From positions 1-56,451 of the IMG/VR virus record IMGVR_UViG_3300005663_000052: 56,451 bases of DNA. One strand, given 5' to 3'. This document shows, one piece after another, positions 10,003 through 20,054 of the stretch. The notes under the pieces are model-generated. The model saw only the letters and a list, made by a program, of their open reading frames with translations. It made no database searches and was not told the origin of the DNA. The position numbers were made by a program, and so were the translations under genes. This DNA is from a virus (taxonomy: Duplodnaviria > Caudoviricetes). How positions within the stretch are numbered: position 1 is the stretch's first letter; each line of letters starts with the position of its first letter.

Positions 10003-11165
10003 TAGCTGCCTCCCGTGGACTTTACCATGAAGTGGGGATCGAGGACGGCCGCCACCGATCGTTCCGAAACCTTGTACCGCTGGATGATGTCCCGCGTGAA
10101 AGCCCACTCGCTGTTGGCGGGAGCGATCTCCTGGGTGATGCCCCAGTTTTCCATCAGGGCGAAGGCCCTCTGCGGATCACCAACCCACCAGTCGTTGGTC
10201 TCGGAAGTGAGGGCTTCGATCAACGGAGAATAGACGATCTGTAACGGCATCAAGTTCTGGATCGGATCCATGCTGATCGTCTGGAAATTCGTCGTATTGC
10301 TGGTACCACCACGAACCTGCGTTGACGTGAGAATGTACCGTGCCGTCGGCAAAAGCGTCTGGCCCACCAGTAGGATCCTCGGAATGATAATGATCGGCTC
10401 GGTCGTTGTGAAATCCGTCATGCCGGCAAACTTCTGGAATGCTGCATTGAGATCCGTCCAGTCAACCAAGGCGTCCGTGATCGAATTGACGACCCCGTGG
10501 CCACCAGACGTCTTGTAAGTGTCGGACGTCGAACCATCTTTCTTGTAGTTGTTGGTCACACCCGTTACGAGGTTGATGACTTCCTTCTCGCGACGGACAC
10601 CCGCCCAATAGCCGACTTGACTGGCACGCTGAAGAACCAGATTCGTCCGATCGAAGAAAATGGCTTCTTTGGTCACCGGCACGATCATGCCGTGCTTGAC
10701 GGTTTCTGGCGTCTCGATGTAGAGCTGAGCCAACCCAACCAAGGGATATTCGTACCCTTCGGAAACCTGCAACGCCTTGTCGCCCATCGCCCCGATACCG
10801 GGGATCTTCTCTCCGCTGAACTGCGTCGGAATCACAGTAACCAACTGCTGCCAGATGAATGCCGCGTCTTGATACGCCTGCAAGATCATGCTATAGACGA
10901 TCTGGCCCGTGATGTTGGAGAACGTCGAAGTATCGACGGCACCACCCACCGCTTCCATCAACGACATTCCCTCGCTTGTCCGCGGATCCAACCGCCGCAC
11001 AAACTCCCGGCCATTGTCGATCGTGCTCTCGGCAAGATCCCGCAAACTGAATTCCTGCGGCGTGAACCAATTCTCTTCCAATCCTTCACGGATAAACGCA
11101 ACGGCCCGCTGCGGTCCATCCAACTCAATTTGCCGCTGGAGATTGCGGTAATTGATTGCTACCAT
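10002..11165 (-). CDS. Major capsid protein (HK97 fold, Mu gpT-like)
   Basis: 387 aa; EGYEYP...KHG...TKEAI..D and PRILLVG motifs; head operon. Confidence 0.9.
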   Translation of the reverse strand: MVAINYRNLQRQIELDGPQRAVAFIREGLEENWFTPQEFSLRDLAESTIDNGREFVRRLDPRTSEGMSLMEAVGGAVDTSTFSNITGQIVYSMILQAYQDAAFIWQQLVTVIPTQFSGEKIPGIGAMGDKALQVSEGYEYPLVGLAQLYIETPETVKHGMIVPVTKEAIFFDRTNLVLQRASQVGYWAGVRREKEVINLVTGVTNNYKKDGSTSDTYKTSGGHGVVNSITDALVDWTDLNAAFQKFAGMTDFTTTEPIIIIPRILLVGQTLLPTARYILTSTQVRGGTSNTTNFQTISMDPIQNLMPLQIVYSPLIEALTSETNDWWVGDPQRAFALMENWGITQEIAPANSEWAFTRDIIQRYKVSERSVAAVLDPHFMVKSTGGS

Positions 11166-11200
11166 CGGTATATCCTCCTCAAGTTCGTTTCGTTTCGAGG

Positions 11201-11977
11201 TTATCGCCGCTGAGCTGCATAGATCCAGTCAACGTCGAGATACTGACTGTCGTTTGCGACGCCGGCCTTCACGCCAAGAACAACGGCCATTTCGGCCGCA
11301 CTGGTATGGGTGATTGTCTGGCAAACAAGTTGCTTGCCGACAAGAGTTTGGCCAACCTCCCGGATCGAATAGCTTCCATCACTGGAATTTTCGAGTGCAA
11401 AACCGAAATGCACTTCCGTCAAGGTGGACGACTTGGGAACCGTTCGGATGGTCAAATTCTGCCACTGATTGTTGGTGGCCGTCTCGTTGGTGTCCACGCC
11501 ATCGGTGATGCCACTCATTTCAGTTGAATTGGCTTCAGCCATCGCGTACCAAGTCGCATCGGTGTTGGACTTGTAGAACAACACCGCGTCGGTCGAAGTT
11601 TTCGGAACACCGGTCGTATCGACAATGGCATTGGCAGCCACCGCGTCAATGAGCCCAACCATCAATGCCTGATTGGCAATCGTGTTTCCGACCGGGCGAA
11701 CCCTTGCCGCAAAGAACATCGGCTTGTCGGTGGCCAACTTGAAAAGCTCGTGGGTGCTCTCCACGTAGGTCTCATCATTGACGGCCTGCGAATTACCACC
11801 ATTGCTGCTGGGATTGACCTTCAAAATTCCATTGACGGCCTCCTGAACGGCAACGGTACCGCTGTTGCTGGCCGTGGTAGTCCACATGTCCGCCGTCACG
11901 TAGTGATCGAAGTGGTCGAAGATCTCGAAAGTTCGCTCACGAAGAAACCGTTCGGCGAGTTGCACTTCGTAACTCAT
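11201..11977 (-). CDS. Capsid decoration/accessory head protein
   Basis: Beta-sandwich-like (FDHFD...LDVDWI), directly upstream of the capsid gene. Confidence 0.6.
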   Translation of the reverse strand: MSYEVQLAERFLRERTFEIFDHFDHYVTADMWTTTASNSGTVAVQEAVNGILKVNPSSNGGNSQAVNDETYVESTHELFKLATDKPMFFAARVRPVGNTIANQALMVGLIDAVAANAIVDTTGVPKTSTDAVLFYKSNTDATWYAMAEANSTEMSGITDGVDTNETATNNQWQNLTIRTVPKSSTLTEVHFGFALENSSDGSYSIREVGQTLVGKQLVCQTITHTSAAEMAVVLGVKAGVANDSQYLDVDWIYAAQRR

Positions 11978-12015
11978 CTGTATTTCCTCCTATTCCAATT
12001 GGAATCGTTGTATGC

Positions 12016-12052
12016 AAAAAAGAAGGGGCCGTGCGATTGCTCGCACGACCCC
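12016..12052 (-). terminator. Intrinsic terminator
   Basis: GGGGTCGTGCGA-GCAA-TCGCACGGCCCC stem followed by TTCTTTTTT. Confidence 0.75.
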
Positions 12053-12140
12053 CAATTATGGCCGCGAGTAATTGGCTCTCTGCCGAGGAGCTACCCCGGG
12101 GAGGCCACTGGTTTGCCGGCGGCAATGCCGGCCCCATCTG

Positions 12141-13148
12141 TCAGACGCCTATCAATTCTTCCTGTGAAACTGGTTCTTGGACTTCTGTTTGCTCGGCCGA
12201 TTGCTCGGCTGGTTGTTCGGCTGGTTGTTCGGCTGCTACCGTGCCTTCATCGTGCTCCCATTCCCCCCACGCATGATCGTTGGGATATCCCGTCTCGCCC
12301 ATGTGCAACACACGGACTTTCCGAGTGGCCAGCACCCTAGCCTTTGGATCCACCGTCTGCACCATCCGCGAGAAGGTCCAATCTTCCGGCTGAACACCTG
12401 CAAGGTACGATCCATCGGCGTTCGCCCTGATGCCGTCCCCTATCGTGAAATGACATTTCAGCCATCCCTCGTCATCGGCAGCATCCACCCAATCTTTCCG
12501 CAAGTCGCAAATCCAACAACCCGTGTTGACGAGCAATCGATCGCCATCGGGATTGAACCCTGCCTCCATCGTCGCTTGCCGACCAAACGTCTCCGGCAAC
12601 TCCATGATCTCCGTCATCGTCAATCGCCGCGGATGCCACGGGTCGCTCGAATTGTCAATTGCAGTGGAGGTTAACCCCAACGAACTCTTGATCGGAATGA
12701 TGGCCGAGAGAATATCAGCATGTTGGGCAGTCAGCTCTTCCCAAAGTACATCCAACCAATTGGCTTCGGGAGCGACGTCGGTATGAATCATCGCAAAATG
12801 CGTGACACCCTGCGTATTGCGTGCGAAAATCGCCTGTGCGTAGAGTTGATTGAACGAATGGGCCAAGAGCGAACTGTTCATTTTGGACTTGGACGCAGTG
12901 ATGTTTTCCCCGTCAGTCGGCGACACCACAAATCCTTGCCATGCTGGATCCCAAGTCCCGGTTTTTGAATACGACGGCATCCCCAAAAACACCTTCGGCC
13001 GTTCGGCAAGCAACCGTTGCTTTTCTTTCGCCAATGCAGATTCCAGAGTGCTCAGTGCAGACAGCCGACGAACGCCGGCATTCTGCAACGTGGTTTCCGC
13101 ACCACGGCAAAAGAAACTCCAGCGGGGATCGCCGTTGCACTCACTCAT
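12141..13148 (-). CDS. GT-A fold glycosyltransferase in head operon
   Basis: VFLGMPSY, THFAMIHTDV (DxD-like), EDWTFSR and VLHMG motifs. Confidence 0.75.
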   Translation of the reverse strand: MSECNGDPRWSFFCRGAETTLQNAGVRRLSALSTLESALAKEKQRLLAERPKVFLGMPSYSKTGTWDPAWQGFVVSPTDGENITASKSKMNSSLLAHSFNQLYAQAIFARNTQGVTHFAMIHTDVAPEANWLDVLWEELTAQHADILSAIIPIKSSLGLTSTAIDNSSDPWHPRRLTMTEIMELPETFGRQATMEAGFNPDGDRLLVNTGCWICDLRKDWVDAADDEGWLKCHFTIGDGIRANADGSYLAGVQPEDWTFSRMVQTVDPKARVLATRKVRVLHMGETGYPNDHAWGEWEHDEGTVAAEQPAEQPAEQSAEQTEVQEPVSQEELIGV

Positions 13149-14038
13149 GCGATGATAGCCTCACAGAATTCTTTGGCATTCTCCGACTTCTTGCCGGTGC
13201 CGTTGGGCTGATCGAACTTCTGTCCACCCTGCGGTCGCTGGACGTTGGTTTGGCCCTTGATCTCGGTCAGTTGGGTTTGCAGGGAATCCTGGTTTTCTAG
13301 GATCTTGGCCAATGCCGCATCCATGTCCGGAATCACTGCAACGGGAACCAACTTCGGATCTTTCTTCTCCGGATCTTTCTTCTCGGGCGCCTTGACCTCC
13401 AGGATCTTGAGGACCTTCTCGCCCACCTCATCCTCGACGGTATCATCCTCGGCCAGCAGCCCCGCGTCGACCACCTCCCTCAGAAACTTCGTGCCGGGAG
13501 TCTCTTCCTTCACGGATTCCAGCAAGCCTTTGATCGTGAGGGTCATGTCTGTCTCCTCTTGTTCAATTGACTCAAAAAGCGAACGGGTGGTAGCCGGATC
13601 TGATACCAGATCGACGGATCTCACCCGAGTGATTTCTTCGACGAACGTCTTGCCGTTCTTTCGGTGGATCTTAGCTTCGATGGCATGGGAAAGCCCGAAA
13701 AGTTCTGGCCGCCGCTCAGCAGCCTCCATGATCTTGTCGAATCGGGGATCAGCTTTTAGAAGGTGCAGGTCAGCCTTCATTCCGTCGGGCACCACTTCCG
13801 CATTTTCGAGCCAACCAGCCCGATCAGCTACCGACGTCTGACGAGTAGGAGAATGGCTCGGCGGATGATCGAAGTTGACGACTGCCCCATCGTACTGGCC
13901 CCGTGCCTTCACAATCGCCTCGGGCAGATACTCCCGGCCGTTGCGAGATATCCTGCCGAGAACCTTGACACCTCGGATCACGCCGGCCTCGCGGTCGACT
14001 TGTAAGTTCGGAGATTGAACGATCTCAAACAGTTTCAC
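13145..14038 (-). CDS. Prohead protease / scaffold fusion
   Basis: SRNGREY, DH, GLSH and SVDLVSDPA motifs, followed by an acidic helical scaffold. Confidence 0.85.
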   Translation of the reverse strand: MKLFEIVQSPNLQVDREAGVIRGVKVLGRISRNGREYLPEAIVKARGQYDGAVVNFDHPPSHSPTRQTSVADRAGWLENAEVVPDGMKADLHLLKADPRFDKIMEAAERRPELFGLSHAIEAKIHRKNGKTFVEEITRVRSVDLVSDPATTRSLFESIEQEETDMTLTIKGLLESVKEETPGTKFLREVVDAGLLAEDDTVEDEVGEKVLKILEVKAPEKKDPEKKDPKLVPVAVIPDMDAALAKILENQDSLQTQLTEIKGQTNVQRPQGGQKFDQPNGTGKKSENAKEFCEAIIA

Positions 14039-14142
14039 GAGTTTCTCACTTGGTAGTTGCACGCAAGATTTCCAAGGCCATCTCCAACCAGGCTGGTCGC
14101 ACAATCAAAACTCTGGGCACCACCTGCTTTTGATTGACCTTT

Positions 14143-14745
14143 TCAGCCATTGGAAACTTCCTTAAACGTCAAATGGCAACGGCACCTCGGATGGGCTGGC
14201 GGCCCTTCGGGAATCGACTGCTGCCAAAACTCCCTTTCCGTCGCGTGCAACGGAGCACAAACAGGACAAACCCTTTCATCTGCCTCAGTATACCAAAACA
14301 CGCCGAATACCAATCCCGCCTCCGTCATCAGCAACAGCAACACCCAGAGTTCCCCGACGGTAATCGCCCGGGTGACTTCGGTGATCGCAATCATCACGGT
14401 GCGTTCGGCGCCGAACACCTTTTCCAGGGATTCCTCGTCTTCGATCGCCTTTTCAGTGCTCTCGACAATCTGCCTGCCCAACTCGGCCGCCCGCTGCCGA
14501 GCCCAGCCCACACCCTTCTGGTTGGCTTCCCCTGCCGATAGGGGGAAAGATTGGAGGGAGGCCAGATTGCCGGCGGCTTCACCGTGGACTTGGGCCAATG
14601 TGGGAAGAGCGGCTCCAGCCACGGCCGCGTCGAGGCCCTCCAGCCGGCCGAAGGCTATCCAGCGGTCGTGCCAATCGTTGAAGATCAGCAGCAGGGCGGC
14701 TGCCAGGGCGTCTTCATGCTGGTTGCGGGTTTTGAGATCAGGCAT
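14143..14745 (-). CDS. Head morphogenesis protein (Mu gpF/SPP1 gp7-like)
   Basis: IAITE, DERVCPVC and PPAHPRCRC motifs. Confidence 0.85.
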   Translation of the reverse strand: MPDLKTRNQHEDALAAALLLIFNDWHDRWIAFGRLEGLDAAVAGAALPTLAQVHGEAAGNLASLQSFPLSAGEANQKGVGWARQRAAELGRQIVESTEKAIEDEESLEKVFGAERTVMIAITEVTRAITVGELWVLLLLMTEAGLVFGVFWYTEADERVCPVCAPLHATEREFWQQSIPEGPPAHPRCRCHLTFKEVSNG

Positions 14746-16489
14746 GGCCGGTATCGGGGCCCGGATAGTTGCCCCAGAGCAATTGAGCCGCTTCCGCCAG
14801 ATCCCCTTCCCGCAAACTCCCCTCTGCCTTCCCCTTGTCCGCCTTCCCCTTCTGCACCGACTGCCCCGGCTTGTCGCCGCCAGCCAACGGATTCTCTTGG
14901 ACGTGTTCCTTCGCCCCGAGCTTCTGTTCGCGCTCGAGATCCAGCCCTTCCTTCGCCGCCCAGCTCGCGTCCGAAAGAATCCCATTATTTCTCAGCAACA
15001 ACAACCGATTGCTCTCGACGTTCCGATCGCGGTTCGGCACGATGGGCGCCTTGGCTTCGATCTTCACCAATCGCTTGATTTCATCGAACGCCATCCGATG
15101 CTGATCAAACCGGCCGGCCGCATGGGCAATCGCCAACGCCTTCCAAAAGATCTCCGCGTACTCATCCCCATGGTAGATCTGCTGGCGTTCGCAATACTTA
15201 GTAAACGGCGACTCGGCCGCCAACGTCGAAGCATACGCCGCCTCACTGACGTTCCCCGTAATCATGTAGGCCGGCATTGACCAGTTGGTCCCAGCAATCC
15301 GCAACACCGCCTCTTCCACATTCACCATCGCGAGCCCCACACCCTGCTCAGCCATCGGCGAAGGCTTGTATTTCGTCCCGTGGCCCGTATCCAGGATCGT
15401 ACCGGTCTGGTACTGGTGCATGATCCGAGTCCGCGTGCCCTCGGTGGCCGTCGCCTGATTGAATCTGGCGTAGGCACCGGACGATCGCATAGTCTCGACT
15501 GAGCCCTGACTGACTCCCTCAGCGTGCTCTCTGATGAATGCAATCGCCGCCATGATCGCATGGCCTTTGACGGTATTCTTCAGCAGCACTCCTGCATCCA
15601 AAAGTTGTTGATAAACAGGATAGAAATCCGTAATCCCCCGTTTAATGCCGATGTCGACGTTCAACTTGCAATGGGTAATCTGCGACGGATCGAAAAACCT
15701 TCCGGTATCCCGGCCTTCCGGCGTCCGCCACCGAAACCAATAGCCGTGAATGTTCTCGGCGTCGTCATCATCCGTGGCAATGCCGAATTTCCAGGAAATC
15801 GGACGGTCCAGTAAACCATACTCGCGATTCACCGCATCCGGATCATTCGGTTCGCTATTTTGCTCCGGCTCCAAGATCCGCAACTGCACGTGACCGCCAC
15901 CGACGTGATACAGGGCCACAAAATACTCTCCGTCCCGGTGGCACCGCTGAAACAAGTCCACCTCCCTCTCCCACCACCGATTCTCATTGCGAACTTCGCC
16001 AAGGATTTCCTGGACAGTTTTCAATAACGCTTCCTGGGGTGCCTCCCCCTCTTCGGCCACGGCCTTGTATTTGTAACCCACGCCCAAAATGTAGCTGGTG
16101 AGATTGTTCAGCACGGCCCGAGCGTTGACGGACGAATTGCCCAGCAGCCGGCCGATCGCCCGGATGCGGTCCAAGTCAATCTCGTTCTGAAAGACAAGCT
16201 GCTCAGCCCCCGCGGCCCGGTCCCCAAGCTGAGCACCGATAGTATTCCAGCCCAGGCCATCATATCCCCTCGATCCATCCCACTGGCCGCTGGGATAATC
16301 CTGCTGGGCAACCCGATCGCCCCAGGCCTCACGCATCGCTGCCGTTTCGTCCACGTGCATTCCCGGGGACATAATCCCGGAAATGGCCGCCGTCTCGGCT
16401 TCCATCACGGCCATTTCGTGACGCAACCGAACGGACTCGTGTTGCTCTCGCAACTGGTCGACCGTCATGCTATCGCCAGTAGAGGACAT
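14738..16489 (-). CDS. Portal protein
   Basis: RDGEYF, RGITDF and YASTL motifs; ~580 aa upstream of gpF. Confidence 0.85.
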   Translation of the reverse strand: MSSTGDSMTVDQLREQHESVRLRHEMAVMEAETAAISGIMSPGMHVDETAAMREAWGDRVAQQDYPSGQWDGSRGYDGLGWNTIGAQLGDRAAGAEQLVFQNEIDLDRIRAIGRLLGNSSVNARAVLNNLTSYILGVGYKYKAVAEEGEAPQEALLKTVQEILGEVRNENRWWEREVDLFQRCHRDGEYFVALYHVGGGHVQLRILEPEQNSEPNDPDAVNREYGLLDRPISWKFGIATDDDDAENIHGYWFRWRTPEGRDTGRFFDPSQITHCKLNVDIGIKRGITDFYPVYQQLLDAGVLLKNTVKGHAIMAAIAFIREHAEGVSQGSVETMRSSGAYARFNQATATEGTRTRIMHQYQTGTILDTGHGTKYKPSPMAEQGVGLAMVNVEEAVLRIAGTNWSMPAYMITGNVSEAAYASTLAAESPFTKYCERQQIYHGDEYAEIFWKALAIAHAAGRFDQHRMAFDEIKRLVKIEAKAPIVPNRDRNVESNRLLLLRNNGILSDASWAAKEGLDLEREQKLGAKEHVQENPLAGGDKPGQSVQKGKADKGKAEGSLREGDLAEAAQLLWGNYPGPDTGHA

Positions 16490-16853
16490 GGACTGTTGCA
16501 CTCGCTGCGGTTTCGATCATTTCGATATTGCCCATCGGAATTTCCGAATTGTTGATGATGAGAAAATCGCTGGCAAGAACAGGCATTCCCGTCGTTGCAT
16601 CCGGATCGGTACCATCGTATCGCCATCGGATGCCCTGGCCTTCCGGTACGATCATACACTTGGTTGCCCCGGAAGGAACCGTAAGTGTCTGAACGGTACT
16701 GAGCCCCGTGATTTTTTCGTAGCTGCTGGTGTAGATGTCCTGGACAACGACATCGGGCAACGTGGGTTCGACAACGGTCTGCCGTCTACCGCAACCAGAC
16801 GAAAAAACCACGGCCAATAGGACAATCGGAATCCACAATCGAAATGACTTCAT
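16470..16853 (-). CDS. Lipoprotein
   Basis: Signal peptide with lipobox FSSG-C; IRWRYDGTDP...GM motif. Confidence 0.65.
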   Translation of the reverse strand: MKSFRLWIPIVLLAVVFSSGCGRRQTVVEPTLPDVVVQDIYTSSYEKITGLSTVQTLTVPSGATKCMIVPEGQGIRWRYDGTDPDATTGMPVLASDFLIINNSEIPMGNIEMIETAASATVHVLYWR

Positions 16854-16868
16854 TGGGATTTCTCCTAG

Positions 16869-17690
16869 TTAATGACAACCGGAATCCATCAGACCACGAA
16901 ATATCTTCCACCAGTCCGCGTCATCATCGTACCACGGCACCTTGCTCGCCCCGAAGACGATCGTGCCGTCGGCGAGAGCTTCCGCTTGCTTCAGTAATTC
17001 GCCGAAGTAATCCCCTGGAATTCTAAACGGCATTTGCTTTTCCAGCGAGTTGTTCTCGGGAGCCCGGGCTTCCTTGATCTTGTCTTCCCAAACCGTGTAG
17101 AACATCACGTAGGCCGGCAGGTGGTACACCTCGTGAACCGCCTTGATCGTCTCCCGCATGTACCAAAGAGCCTTGCCCAGCGCCCAGTCGCTTCGCACAT
17201 AGCACTCGATGCAACAGCAGTCGACCTTGCGGGCCAACGGGATGAGGTCTTGGCATAATCGCCGCCATCGCGGCCTGACGGCATCCTTCCAAATGAACGC
17301 CGGGACGCAGGGTGGGAGCTGCTCGAAGAAGCCAAGCTGAACGCCCGAGGGGGCGTGATTGCGTACCGTATCCGCGATCTCCATGCGGCGTTTGACCGCC
17401 TCGGGATTCAGGTTGGCCGAGTCATCGTGAACGATATTCGCCGGCTTCTCGACGTTTAGTAGAACGGGCTCCTTTGGCGGCAGTTTCGCGGCGTTCATGG
17501 CGAGCTTGACATGATCGACTTCAGTCTCGTCCCAGCCACCGCTGCCGTCGTCAATGAAGATATCGTCATGGAACAACGCCTTTAGTTCGGGAATGCCGGC
17601 GGCCTTCTGCCGCATGAACTGCCATGCCCGCTTCCACGGCTTGGGCTCTGTGTCAGTCGGATCGTAGAATCTGAGGTAGTGGCGGATCAT
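16869..17690 (-). CDS. Hypothetical protein, possible glycoside-hydrolase TIM barrel
   Basis: Alternating beta/alpha pattern (LLNVE, GFFE, IECY, IVFG); Trp-rich. Confidence 0.45.
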   Translation of the reverse strand: MIRHYLRFYDPTDTEPKPWKRAWQFMRQKAAGIPELKALFHDDIFIDDGSGGWDETEVDHVKLAMNAAKLPPKEPVLLNVEKPANIVHDDSANLNPEAVKRRMEIADTVRNHAPSGVQLGFFEQLPPCVPAFIWKDAVRPRWRRLCQDLIPLARKVDCCCIECYVRSDWALGKALWYMRETIKAVHEVYHLPAYVMFYTVWEDKIKEARAPENNSLEKQMPFRIPGDYFGELLKQAEALADGTIVFGASKVPWYDDDADWWKIFRGLMDSGCH

Positions 17691-19798
17691 GGTTTGATGT
17701 ATCTCTCGGCAGGCGGAAGAATATAGACAGCTCTGGCATTGATACCGCCGTCCAATGCACCGTTGTTGATTTCTTCAGCAATGGCCACAACCCAGTGAGT
17801 GGATGCCGCCTCCTCTAGAGTGCCTTGGGTGTTATTGGATAGACATAGCTCATCACCCACGGCTACAGCACCATTGTTTGAACCTACAGCATCATCGAGG
17901 TCGACCTTGGGGTTGTATCCGGACACCTGCACGAACCCCGCTGTGCCTGCACTGATTGCCGCTGGGAGGTAGCCGAACGGGTCGATGGCCGTGTTGGACG
18001 ATTCGGCAATGATGATCGTGCCCGAGCTTCCGCTTCGCTGTACCCACCTTCTAGTCGCGAGGCCAGCCCCTGAATCCAACAGGTGAACCGTCTGCACGTC
18101 CGGCGGCACTCGCGTCACACTGCGGGCATCGTCGGTAATGAACGCCCCCATGTTGTTGGCGAAATTTCCATAGAACGTCGTCGCTACTATGTCGATTGGC
18201 TTTGGTGTAGTGTCGAAGCGGTTGCCGGTAATCGTGTTCTCGGAGCCGCGTACGCTAACCCCTTTGGCTCCGGCTGGGGCTACCTCAATCAGGCATCCGC
18301 TGACGATGTTGTCGGTGCCAAAAAGTTCGATACCAATTGTTACGCCAGATCCAGAGGCAGCACTAATATGGGCTCCGAGAATGCGATGGCCGTGGGCGTT
18401 TTCCAGGCGAATGCACCGCTGTTGCTTGGCACGAACGATTGACGGTCTGAACAAGCATTTCCCGCTCTCCATGATGCGGATGCCAGAGACATTGATCGTG
18501 GTGCCGTCGCCAGGCAGCCTGTTGTCTGTTGCGTCGCGATCCGTTGCGTCGGCTACGTCTGCGATTTTGTGGTCTACGAGTTTGCCATTGGTCCCGTCGC
18601 CATAGCAAACGCCTGACCCACTACAGAATTCCGTCCAGCCGAAACCGATATAGGATCCCCATGGCTGTAGAAGCCACCAGGCATCACCGTCACACGAGAT
18701 CACTGCAATCATCTCGAAGTGGGCATCCCATGACTGGTCATTCAAAAGGATACCGTTACACTCGCCGTGGAAGGTCGTGTCTCCCGTGTCGTCCCCATCG
18801 CCCTGGTTGCCGCGATTGCCGTCGATCGTTAGGTGAGAAATCCCCATACCAATGTAGGGCGAGGCCACTGGCGTATTGCCGTCGGAAATCACAACCGAAC
18901 GATTCTGGTTGGCCGCCAGCTTGATTCGCGTGGCGTGAATACCGGCACCGCGAATGTAAACCTGTTCTTTGAGCTGGATACAGCCGATCATCCGCACGAA
19001 GGTAGGCTGACCACCCGAACCACCGGCGATTGACCCGTAGTCTTCTGCAAAATCTTCACTGGATAGAAGGGCCTCGCTGGATGCAATATCCCCAGCAGCT
19101 AAGTCCCCAGCCCCGTCGTCTATCTCGGTGGCTGTGATGGTCACGTTGTCGTCATCGACAACAGTCGCTATTTGGTGCCAACCTACCGTAACGTTGGTGC
19201 CGCCACTGATGTAAAGCCAATCATCGACCGCTGCACTTGCAAAGGCTCCTACTTCCGTCAGTGTATTCGTTGCATCAACCCAGGTCGCTATCGTGACTGA
19301 TGAAGCCCCGGTCTTCTGCATGACTGTAAAGCAGATGTCTCGGTTGTTATCCTCGACACTGTTGTCGCCATCATCTTGACCACCTGACACTCGGTAGATT
19401 TGCCCTATAGATGTGTCGGAAAATGCACCCGTTGTAAAGTCGATGGTGGCATCGTCGTCTACAATAGTTGCCTCTGCTGAACCGTCCACTACGTCGGCGG
19501 GAAATACTATCTCCGTTGCCCCACTCGGCTTCGAGACAGTGAACAGTCCTGGGGACATCTCTATCAGAACCCCACCCGCAGCCGCACCCGTGTCGATCGC
19601 CTCTTGGATCTTGACTTGAGCATTCGTACTAGGGCACAGGAACACATTAGGCCCGCCCCGCTGGAACGTCCCCGGCGCATCACTGGCCACCACAAAGTAG
19701 GTCGTCGTTGGCATCCCGCCGCGACGCATCTCAACCTGCCCAAACACTGACGGACAAATCCCCGCCAGCAGGCAAAAGACAATTGCAATCCGTTTCAT
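17687..19798 (-). CDS. Tailspike-like right-handed beta-helix (pectin-lyase fold) protein with signal peptide
   Basis: IQEAID, IRGAGIHATRI, LTIDGN and N.I.GN repeats; starts MKRIAIVFCLLAGICPSVFG. Confidence 0.75.
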   Translation of the reverse strand: MKRIAIVFCLLAGICPSVFGQVEMRRGGMPTTTYFVVASDAPGTFQRGGPNVFLCPSTNAQVKIQEAIDTGAAAGGVLIEMSPGLFTVSKPSGATEIVFPADVVDGSAEATIVDDDATIDFTTGAFSDTSIGQIYRVSGGQDDGDNSVEDNNRDICFTVMQKTGASSVTIATWVDATNTLTEVGAFASAAVDDWLYISGGTNVTVGWHQIATVVDDDNVTITATEIDDGAGDLAAGDIASSEALLSSEDFAEDYGSIAGGSGGQPTFVRMIGCIQLKEQVYIRGAGIHATRIKLAANQNRSVVISDGNTPVASPYIGMGISHLTIDGNRGNQGDGDDTGDTTFHGECNGILLNDQSWDAHFEMIAVISCDGDAWWLLQPWGSYIGFGWTEFCSGSGVCYGDGTNGKLVDHKIADVADATDRDATDNRLPGDGTTINVSGIRIMESGKCLFRPSIVRAKQQRCIRLENAHGHRILGAHISAASGSGVTIGIELFGTDNIVSGCLIEVAPAGAKGVSVRGSENTITGNRFDTTPKPIDIVATTFYGNFANNMGAFITDDARSVTRVPPDVQTVHLLDSGAGLATRRWVQRSGSSGTIIIAESSNTAIDPFGYLPAAISAGTAGFVQVSGYNPKVDLDDAVGSNNGAVAVGDELCLSNNTQGTLEEAASTHWVVAIAEEINNGALDGGINARAVYILPPAERYIKP

Positions 19799-19799
19799 C

Positions 19800-20006
19800 T
19801 CAATCTCCTTGTTCCAGTCGTGCAATCCGCTCGTCATTTTCGGCACACGGCAGAGAATTGAGTTTCGCTTCAATGTGAACCAAATGGTTTTCGGAAATCA
19901 CCGTCACAGCATCCTGCACTCGTTTGATCTGCATTCGCAGGGAATTCCAACCAGCCCCAAACATAAACGCCATTCCCAGTAGCTGTAGAATCGTGCCTGT
20001 CTCCAT
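19800..20006 (-). CDS. Small membrane protein (holin-like)
   Basis: Single TM helix followed by a coiled coil ending RIARLE. Confidence 0.5.
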   Translation of the reverse strand: METGTILQLLGMAFMFGAGWNSLRMQIKRVQDAVTVISENHLVHIEAKLNSLPCAENDERIARLEQGD

Positions 20007-20054
20007 GGAATTGGCTCCTGACGTGAGGTAGGTAGTTGCCCGTCAGTATACAAG

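Noticed and set aside
12105-12125. GGCAAAC motif suggesting a c-di-GMP-I riboswitch
   Set aside because: The remaining conserved elements are not present.
12180-13385. Short tandem repeats encoding AEQP and PEKKD
   Set aside because: Ordinary in-frame low-complexity linkers.
6347-19798. Diversity-generating retroelement targeting the fibres
   Set aside because: No reverse transcriptase and no TR/VR pair seen.
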